From the human T2T-CHM13v2.0 reference genome, Homo sapiens, in NCBI RefSeq assembly GCF_009914755.1, contig NC_060941.1: a stretch of DNA of 64,000 bases. One strand, 5' to 3'. Positions 36,700-47,995 of the stretch are shown here, piece after piece. Below the pieces are notes generated by a model. The model saw only the letters and a list, made by a program, of their open reading frames with translations. It had not been told where the DNA came from and ran no database searches. Within the stretch, counting starts at the first letter, position 1. Every line of letters starts with the position of its first letter. Both the position numbers and the translations under genes were made by a program.

Positions 36700-36705
36700 T
36701 TTATT
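36700..36705 (-). terminator. GNA13: Proximal alternative poly(A) signal AATAAA of GNA13
   Basis: Plus-strand TTTATT, followed on the minus strand by a U-rich downstream element (UUUCAUUUAUUUUAGUUUUAUUU). UGUA motifs lie just upstream. Confidence 0.75.
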
Positions 36706-39700
36706 AGGGAGTTTGTTACAAATGTTTGGGCTTTACAGGCATGATTTCACGGATTCAAACAAGAAATTAACACTGATATTTAGCCTTCTCATGACATACA
36801 CAGAAATAACATTGCTACAAACTGCAATGGAGAGAATCTTGTTTCAAATGGCTTAGTTTGGGGTTTTGTCTAAATGTATCATTATATAATGAAAGCACCA
36901 ATTTGAGGGTTTCTCAAATAGTGATTTGAATTTTAGGACATAACAGTATAACATGGTAACTTTATTCTTCATATATAAATAAGGCATAATCGGATGTGTA
37001 TTAATGCTGAAAATACATTTTATCAAAAGCATAAATACAAGTATTTGGGTACACATTGAAAGTTAGGACTTAACCAATTTCTTCTTACAAAAAATGATAA
37101 GGACATATGGTATTTGTTGAATCTAAATCAGCACTTCTAATCATTTCTGGTATTAAGGCGATCTTATTTCCTTCTACTTTAAACCAACCACTGCCACCAA
37201 CTGAATAAGGATTTCCCTAAACAGCCTCAATTTGAGAGACTAACCAGAGGACCTTCTCTATGCAAATTACATGCCAATACACCTTAAAAGAAAATAAGAC
37301 AAAAGTGAATGAGTTTTTTCATTCCATATTGCTTTCTTTGGTTGCAGAGCAATCCAGTGCCCTTTCCAGATAATAAAATTGAAATGAAGATTTCAATTTA
37401 ATATTTGGCAGACAGCAACAATGCAGGTTATTAAAAATATTAAAGGGGCAGAGGCATGCTTTGAATTACTCAGATTTTCAGAAAACATTTGACAAAACCC
37501 TTTCTCTATAAAAGTTATGGTCTAAATTTATGTTGTTTTATAAGGCAACTGTATATACATTTCTTCAAGGTCAATGAAGACACTTGTGTGATATTTCCTC
37601 AGAATTAAATGAGAAGGCATTCAGATTTAAGAACAGAATGTAACACAGGATTAGGCACATTTTATTCCAAATCATAACCATAAAGATTTAGAAAATCAAA
37701 TACATCAAAGAACTTTAAATCTAAATTACTTTTTTAGAGACTGGGGTAAGTTTGCATAGTGAAATTATGAGCACCTTTTCAATTCTGTTCACTAAATTTC
37801 ATCTCTCTCTTCATATAGTGGTATTTCAAAAGGATTCAGTTTTCATGATACAGGTGTAAGACTCCTTTCAAACGTTTTTAAAATACAACGTATAAAAAAA
37901 TGTGGACTGAAGCCTTTAGATTGAACTTAAAGTTCTACTGAATGTCAAAACAAGCCTAAGTTGAATATAAGTAATTCATTGCCTCAAAATATAGTCTAGA
38001 TTTTAAAAGAATGTTGATTCTGAGACATTACATGCAGCAGGGAAGAAAACTGCAAATGCCCAAAATAACATGATATCTATTTGGTGTTTCAACACTTCTT
38101 GGTGGTAATTCAAAAGGGGGAAACTTGGTGATTTCTGCTTTGTCAGGCAATATCTATGGTTCGTATCACAGATCTTAACTATGACTTAAGTAAGATGAAG
38201 TGTCCTCTTTCTATAGGGATCTAACTTGAGCCCTCACTGGAGTCAAATGTTTTGGCCATTCAATTTGCTAAATGTATGGGTAAACTCTCCAATGAATAGT
38301 CCAAATGTTACTGTGCACATATTCCGATATTCATTAGCACTGCAATTATGCTAATTTTGTGAATTTAAACAATGTATTCTTTTTGGCAAGAAGCACTAGA
38401 TGTAGAACTATTCAAACACGCATGAATGATACCATGATACCACGAACATGCACGATACCATGAACTTGCATCACGGTGCCGGGCTACGTATGTGTAGCTC
38501 ATGGATTACCATGGCATGAAAATGCTAGAAGTTATATGGATACAATGATAGTGGAAGTTCAAATGTGAGAAAAGTCAGGTATGTCAAGAACAATCCCTGG
38601 TTAGTTCACTGAAAAGCCCCACTCTCGTATCAGACAGCAAGACAGAACAACAGCCACTGACTTGGAAAGGCTGGGTGATCCATAACGACCAATCTTTCAA
38701 GGACCAATAAAATACCTGAGTACACAGTCAGCTATACAGTAAAATGACAGATATCACAGTCTTAAAATTTTCAGGAAAAGTAGAAAAGCTGTCAGACTTT
38801 TCAAGCTGTCGCCAGCCTTGGACTTCTGTTTCTCTAATTGTAGCACTACATACAGCCTAGAAGATAGTATTTCAGTACTGCAAACCAGCCATTCTGATGA
38901 GTTCACTATGAATGTATCTGCGATCACAAAGCTACTTCGTGGACACATTTTAATTTGGTAAGCAGTCGGGGGAGGTCAATGTAATCATCTTTAGGTGCGA
39001 ACTAAAAAAATTACTACTGATCCTTAGAAGCATCCTTAAAACATTTAAAATATACCTCAAAAAAGCTGGACTTTCAACAACAACAATTATACAAATGTAT
39101 ACATACTGTATCTGTTAGAGACACACCAAGAATGAACAGGAATCTCAAATAATGCCTTCTTGAATAGTCTTGACAGAAAAATACTGCCCTTAGCAAACTC
39201 CAAATAAACAAAACGATGCCACAAATGGCACAGTGTGGAGTTGATGGGACTGGACAGGACAGCAAAAGATAGATGTTTGTGATGATACAACAATGATTTC
39301 CTACAGTAAGGATTGGTCTTTACTGACCAACTGAGATAGGGCTTAAAAGTCAAATACATGACATTCTGGAACAGGTTAAGTTTATTTAGAAAGTTCTGTT
39401 ACCAAGTTGCTTGCAGTTTTTAGTTGCTGCTATGGCCAGAATGTTTCACATATGGTACATTAAACTACATGATAATTAAATATGAGAAAGGCAAATTCTA
39501 TTTCACTCGTTACGTTTGACCAAAACACGGTAAACAGCATTAGCTTGCCTTTTGCTCTCCCATACCACCTGTGAACTCTTCATCAGCATCAGACCAAAGA
39601 TCCTTATGTAAACTTGAAAACAGGAAGAACATTACCTTCAGAAACACAGAAATCTAAAAGCAAAACAGCTGTTGTGTATACAAGCAATTAAAATATGAAG

Positions 39701-40227
39701 GCTAAACCTTCTATAAACCTACAGAATGCCATTTCTTAGATAGAACTTCTAACAGCCCTTACAAAATAGGAGGTCACCATAAAGTTAGGCAACAAGTGTC
39801 ACTGCTATATGTAAGGCGGACAGAAGATATCTTGTTTTGGAACTGAATATTCCTAACCTCATCCCTACAAGTATTTAAGGACACCTTTGATACTTGGCAC
39901 TGCAGGAGAATTCAGTTTGGAAAGTAGAATAATTTAAAGCCTGAAATATGCCTAGTCTGAGGTCAGCTGGGAGGTTTTAACTGGACTTGAATAGAAGCCA
40001 TGGTGAAACAGATCAAAGCCTGCATTACAGCAAATCTTGGCGATGAGTCACTCAACAGCTTTCAGCCACAAACCAAAGGCCGCAGAAAAAGTACTAAGAT
40101 TTTCAAGAAGTTAAACGTAGAATTAAGATTGTTCTAATTCTGGTTGTAAACTGCTATTTTAAAAAACAAAACAAACAGAAAACATCAAAAACACAAAAAG
40201 ATATTAAAACAGCAAGTCTTTTGTACA

Positions 40228-40800
40228 TCACTGTAGCATAAGCTGCTTGAGGTTGTCATGCAGAATAGTATCCTTCACGTCACGGAAAACAAGGCGGATG
40301 TTCTCCGTGTTGATAGCAGTGGTGAAGTGGTGGTATAAGGGCTTCTGTTGCTGGTCCCGGCGTTTGTTCCGGAAACATTCCACCAGGAATTTTTGGACGT
40401 CTCTTAAGCAGTGGGGATCCCCTTCAAATTCTAGGAAATAGTCTTTGATGCTCACAATTTGCACCTTCTCCTCAAGCAAGTCTGTCTTGTTTAAGAACAG
40501 AATTATGGAGACATTGCTGAAAACCCGGTTATTGACGATTGTTTCAAAAATGTTCAGAGACTCTGTAAGGCGATTGGTCAGTCGATCTTCCATAAGCACC
40601 TGGTCAAATTCACTTGAGGAAACAAGGAAAAGTATTGATGTCACACTGTCGAAACATTCAAACCAACGTTTCCTTTCTGATCTCTGACCACCTACATCAA
40701 CCATTTTGAAAGGAACATTTTTTATTTCAAAGTCGTATTCATGGATGCCTTTGGTGGGTCTTCTGGCAAGCAGAATATCTTGTTGTGATGGAATATAATC
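40228..40800 (-). CDS. GNA13: GNA13 terminal exon (exon 4) coding part, residues ~188-377 of G-alpha-13
   Basis: Acceptor ttttttcttttccAG ends at 40801. The exon reads [32 protein letters not shown] and continues in frame into the listed [11 protein letters not shown]...NKTD...HFTTA...[11 protein letters not shown]. Switch I RRPT, DVGGQ and NKxD motifs are present, and the C-terminus QLMLQ identifies G-alpha-13. Confidence 0.99.
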   Translation of the reverse strand, partial: DYIPSQQDILLARRPTKGIHEYDFEIKNVPFKMVDVGGQRSERKRWFECFDSVTSILFLVSSSEFDQVLMEDRLTNRLTESLNIFETIVNNRVFSNVSIILFLNKTDLLEEKVQIVSIKDYFLEFEGDPHCLRDVQKFLVECFRNKRRDQQQKPLYHHFTTAINTENIRLVFRDVKDTILHDNLKQLMLQ

Positions 40801-40954
40801 CTGGAAAAGAAAAAACTTGTTTTATACCTATTAATCCCGAAGTAATGCGAATTTTTAATGGACTACTAACTGGACTAGTGAATAGATATGCAAACAAAAT
40901 GATCTTTTAAGTGACATTTTCAGATAGATTATGCTTATTATAAAATGCCAAGAC

Positions 40955-42632
<1,678 letters not shown>

Positions 42633-44061
42633 AGAATTCAGAGTTTTTTAAAAGTAGGTGGGTTCTTAGTTACTGGCAACCAACAGCCATTCATTAAATA
42701 ACTCTAGGACTCAAGTGTTAGCTTTTCCATGTTTTCTTCTAGCTTTGTTCAGATACACGCCTGCTTTATTTATAATCAGCATATGCACACAGCGTTCAGC
42801 CTACCTCTGCATTTTTGCTTAATATTTTGTGAACTGTTCCATATGCTGATACAATCATACCTCATTTTAAAAGACAAGAAAATACACCAAATGCATTAAC
42901 GTGCTGTACTTTACATTAACATTCCCCTACTAGTGGTCATTAAGGTTGTTTCCAATTTTTAGCCATAATTAACAGAAATACTGCAATTAAAATTCTCATG
43001 CACATTTTTTTTTTCCTTTGGACTATTTCCTAAGATTAAAATAATCAGGGGTACGATTATGACGTTAAAGGTTACAAACATTTTAATGACTCTGGATACT
43101 TAACACCCGACTGCTTTCTAGAAGGCAATACCAATTTACAACATACACCTATGCCAGCTCCTTCAGAAACACGCTGGGCCCTGAGCTTTTAAAAAATGTA
43201 ATTCCATAAAAATAAAAAGTTCTCTATTATTGTCTTTGTCTCTATTAAAGCTAATAATCTAGTTAGCAATCTAAAGGCTGCTTCACATGAAGCACAGAAC
43301 TTCATGCAATCGAGTGCTAAACAGTCTGGCAGAGCAGAGTATGTTGATGAGGACACACACATACTAGCTGTGTGAAGAAGAAGAAACCTGCCTTATGAGG
43401 AGGCAAATGAAGCTGTGCTACATTTAGAGAGTAACAGATGACTCTAAGGCAATGGCTTTCAAAATTTTCCTAAGCAGCAGAAACCTTTCTCCCAGTGAAC
43501 TCTTCTGTGTACGCCCAATACAGAGGTCAAACAAGCGAGATGCTCTGCCTGCAGTGGGCCCCGCTGGCCACAGCGCCAGCTTAGAGCTGCTGGCTCCGAG
43601 GAATACCTACAGGAAAATGATAGACTCTCTTTTCAAGGGCGACTCCCCCTACCTCGTGGAGTCTCTTCAGCCTTTTAAATCTAGCCCTCCTACTCCGTGA
43701 CTCGACACAAAGGGGGCATGAATTCGAAAATGTCATTTGTCAAAAGATTTGGAAATCAGTCAACCCACTGTGTTCTATTTCTGTTTACAAACAAAAACCT
43801 CTAAAGATACTAAAGTATAACAGATAATGCACAATATCATCTTCAAACACAAACTTCTTTCTCTAAACAGTTTTACTTCCAAGAAATAGCAGACAAAGCA
43901 TTCCTCAAGAAAATGGTAGAGACCTGGACAGTTAGAGGGAGAAAAAAGAAGTGTCGTGATTAAACAATAAAAATACTTTCATTTTGAAAAAATAAAAATC
44001 ATTCAATATTCTGAGCTACCAATCACTCTAAATAAAGCAGAGAAGAATCAGAACGCCACCA

Positions 44062-44063
<2 letters not shown>

Positions 44064-44098
<35 letters not shown>

Positions 44099-44110
44099 AG
44101 AGAGAGAAAG
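44064..44110. repeat. A32 homopolymer plus (GA)n
   Basis: Direct read; no recognisable retroelement body attached. Confidence 0.95.
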
Positions 44111-44214
44111 AAGCAAATAGCTTAATACATAATTTTTCTAAATTTCCTAACATCGATATCCTGACTTCTGCTTTCAAATGGCACTAAACATAAACATTTG
44201 GTTTAAACACTTAC

Positions 44215-44265
44215 TGGTTCTCCAAGTTTATCCAAGTTATCCAGGAAATATTTTACAGATTCACC
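44215..44265 (-). CDS. GNA13: GNA13 exon 3 (51 nt, GESVKYFLDNLDKLGEP, phase 0 at both ends)
   Basis: Minus strand reads tcttcttgtttttAG|GGTGAATCTGTAAAATATTTCCTGGATAACTTGGATAAACTTGGAGAACCA|GTAAGT. It joins in frame to DYIPSQQD and matches the conserved G-alpha 'S(A/V)KYFL.. LD' helix. Not in the ORF track. Confidence 0.97.
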
Positions 44266-45247
44266 CTAAAAACAAGAAGAAAACAAATAGTTATTAGGGC
44301 TTAGAAATGGAAGATCTTGTTACAACAGTTTACATCATACTGTCTGGTTGTACACTTAACCCAAACAGACTTTGTTTAGTCACCAATTTCAGACAGCTAA
44401 CCTTCCTAAAAACATATAAAACGTCTGCTCTGTCACAGACTGCTAAATCTGCAAAGGCAGGCTGATTTCACAAATGCTTAATAGAATCAATATCCCAAGT
44501 GATCATCTGCTTGGACAGGATTACACGCATGCTTTTTGCTATAACTACGTATCCACAGTGAAGACATATAATTAGAAGATGAAAACTGCTTTTGAGATAA
44601 AACATAAATCTACATATAAAATTTAAGTGACAGTCTTTTTGTCTACATTTTCTAGCTTAATAGTGACGATAGTTATCTTCAGAGACAAACCAAACCAGAG
44701 ATGAGGTAAGAATACTGTACAAAATCCCCCAACCACAGGCATGGACAGGCGTGCCTTGCTCAGGAAGGCCCTGGATAGTGCTGCCAGCTTCACATCTCCA
44801 ACAGGTCTTTTCCCGAGTGGCCTATCCTTTCTGAGCCCAGTTTTCTCTACGAAACTTCCAAGCAATTTCAAACATCTAAACTGTACGAGAATACATTCCT
44901 AACATGAAAACGCTTGACCAGAGCACACAGAGAAGAGGGGAACTATTTTGGGAAAGAAGGGGTCTGTGTCCGAGTCTCCTAGTCCTCACCCCCTGCGTTT
45001 CACTTTCCCGCGGGATTCTACAGCTGCAGCATTGTCCCTGCCTGAAGCTACTTCCAAGTGTTCCTGAAGCAGCACCTCATTTAGTATGCCTGGGCATCAT
45101 GTGAAGATCTCCTCACACTGCAGGCTCCGGTTTAGTAGGTCTGGGTGGGACCCCAGTTTCTGCAATTCAAGGAGTGCCTGGGACCACACTTTGAGTCACA
45201 AAGCTTGAAAGTAGCAGTTCTATAATTTTTTGGTCTCAAGATCACAC

Positions 45248-45962
45248 AATATGATCCAGCAATGGCACTGCTAGGTATATACCCAAAAGAAAGGAAATGA
45301 GTATATGGAGGAGAGAGATATCTGCACCCCCACGTTTACTGCTGCACTCTTCACAAAAGCCAAGATTTGGAAGCAGCCTAAGTGTCCATCAACAGATGAA
45401 TGGGTAAAGAAAATGTGATACACATACAGAATGGTGTCCTATTTAGCTATAAAAAAGAATGAGATTCAGTCATTTGCAACAACATATATGGAAGTGTAGG
45501 TCACTATGTTAAGTGAAGTAAGACAGACACAAAAAGACAAACATTGCATGCTATCACTTATTGGTAGGAGCTAAAAATCAAAGCAATTGAACCCATGGAG
45601 ATAGAAAGAAGGATGGTTACCAAAGGCTGGGAAGGGCAGCAAGGGTTGGGGTGGCAGGAGGTGGGGACGGCTAATAGGTACAAAAGATAGTTAAAGTGAA
45701 TGAATATGGACCAGTATTTGATAGCACAACAGGGTGACTATAGTCACTAATAATTTAAGTGTACATTTAGAAATAACCAAAAGAGTATAATTGGATTGTT
45801 TGTAACATAAAGGATAAATGCCTGAAGGGAGAGATACCCTATCTTCCATGAGTGATTATTACGCATTGCATGCCTCTATCAAAACAGCTCATGTACGCCA
45901 GAAATATATGAATCTATTATGTGCCCACAAAAATTAAAAACAGAAAAATTAAAAAAATAAAA
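45248..45962 (+). mobile_element. L1MA-type LINE-1 3' fragment, antisense to GNA13
   Basis: ATATGATCCAGCAAT..CTAGGTATATACCCAAAAGAAAGGAAA, AAGTGTCCATCAACAGATGAATGG, GATAGCACAACAGGGTGACTATAGT and an A-rich tail. Confidence 0.88.
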
Positions 45963-46567
45963 ACGGAAGACATGGAAACAAATGATGATGTCTCTGGACT
46001 CAATAAGCTCAACAGCTTCTGATCACTTCTTTTTGTGTTTAGTGTCCTCATTCAAATTTTATACAAAGCTCAGTACGAGGCAACTGGTATCCTCTCCTCC
46101 TACCTTCCTAAAGTGTCTGGCAGATAAAATATGAATTACTGGGAGGAAGTTACCCTTCAATATTTTTTTCTTAACAATTTCAGAAGTGATCAAAGTCTTC
46201 TTGTTTTCTAATATTAATGTTAAGGAACAGATGTGAATTTCAGTCCTTTCTCTAACAAGGAGTGATCTGGCCAAGTCTCTAAACTCCTCCAGGTCTCCAT
46301 TTCCCCCAGAGTTACATGAAGAAGTTCAGTGGTTCAATGGATAACCAACCGCTTAAGTTCTGCCCTGTGCAACAATTTCAGTTAGTTCCACTGATTTCAA
46401 GTTAAGTTCTCCTTTCCTCATAGGCCATGTGTTTGTTAATCCTAAATCTGCTTTTGTTGTGACTCATTCAAGCGGTGTTGCTTCCACGTTCTTTGCTAAT
46501 AAATAAAGGATTTAATGTATTGTGCAAGAATATTATGGGTTTAAGACTCACTTTTTGCTGGTTGTAA

Positions 46568-46831
<264 letters not shown>

Positions 46832-47995
46832 TGAACTCCTGACCTCAGGTGATCCACCCGTCTCGGCCTCCCAAAGTGCTGGGATTATAGGTGTGAGCCA
46901 CCATGACCGGCCTGGAAATTTTAAAAATAAAATTTCAAAGAAATTTCATTTCACAGTTAACACTTTAAAAACTTAAGATTATTTTATTCGGCCCTTAGCT
47001 CTTTTTTCTCTGTTCAGAACACTACAGGTAAGTTTCTAGGTTACTGTAGTAAGGCTGAAGAGTAAAAGTAGCATGGCACTCTGAAAAGTGTTCCAATATT
47101 TCTTTAGCCTTGTGGATATTTCAGTTCCATTTAAATGGCATAGCAGCCAGTGTACCTGGGTTCCAGCCCCAAGATAGACTTTATTACTGACAAAGTCAAC
47201 AAACAATATTAGGTGAGCTTCAGTGACCCTTTGAGTATTAGAAGTCTATGAGGTTCCACGAACCATATTTCTTACGAGTTTTACAAAATGGTGTCTAAGC
47301 TGGGAATGGCTTCAATGTTGCCCCCACTTCACAACAATAATTTGTTATAAACATCCTTTGCTTGTAAAGACAAAATGGGTCTGGAGTCCTAAGCTTGAAG
47401 GTAACAGAAAAGCTAAGAACAAAAGTTAGAAAATAATTTCTATTAAATTCATAGTCATACAGAGAGAGGCTTAGCAGCTTATCGACCCAGTTACTGAACA
47501 AGTGACATTTGTATTCAATGCTCTCTTCTGCACAGCTAAAATATTAAAAGGAAAGGATTTAGAATGCACTTCTTTAAAAGGATATGGAATTTAAGCTGGA
47601 TAGCCAAAGAACACACAAGAAGAACTGATCTGCTGTTTTAGAACATACTCAAAAACACCAGTGGCTTTATGTCAATAAGAAAAGGGCAACTCTGCTTATA
47701 GAAAATAGGTAAAGAGTAGAGTTTTTTAATTCAAAGTCTGATTCATGCCTTAAGAATATAACATAAGGTTTATAGAGATGGGTATCAAATATAGATTTTC
47801 TAATAAAAAGCAAGGTAAACATATTCTAGAAAGCAATTTGGCAATATGTATTAAGATCTTTCAAATGATCCTCAACACAGTACCACTGAAAAAGTATATA
47901 CAACTACAACAGTGCTAGTGAATTACTATTATGGCAGAAGGAAGAGCTGGTTGAGAGCAAATGGATTGCTCCTTATATTTAACTAGATTCTGGAC

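Larger units (their letters stand above)
35260..40227 (-). other. GNA13: GNA13 3'UTR (~5 kb, longest form)
   Basis: Continuous AT-rich, Alu-free sequence from the stop codon to a distal AATAAA (35278-35283), with U/GU-rich sequence downstream. The cleavage position is estimated. Confidence 0.88.

Noticed and set aside
40204-40230. Possible stop-codon read-through extension
   Set aside because: Context is UGA UGU, not the leaky UGA CUAG, and the next in-frame stop is only 8 codons on.
40247-40687. Plus-strand ORFs opposite GNA13 exon 4
   Set aside because: Antisense shadows of the real CDS.
40864-40870. Perfect TACTAAC branch-point motif near the exon-4 acceptor
   Set aside because: It is on the plus strand, antisense to GNA13.
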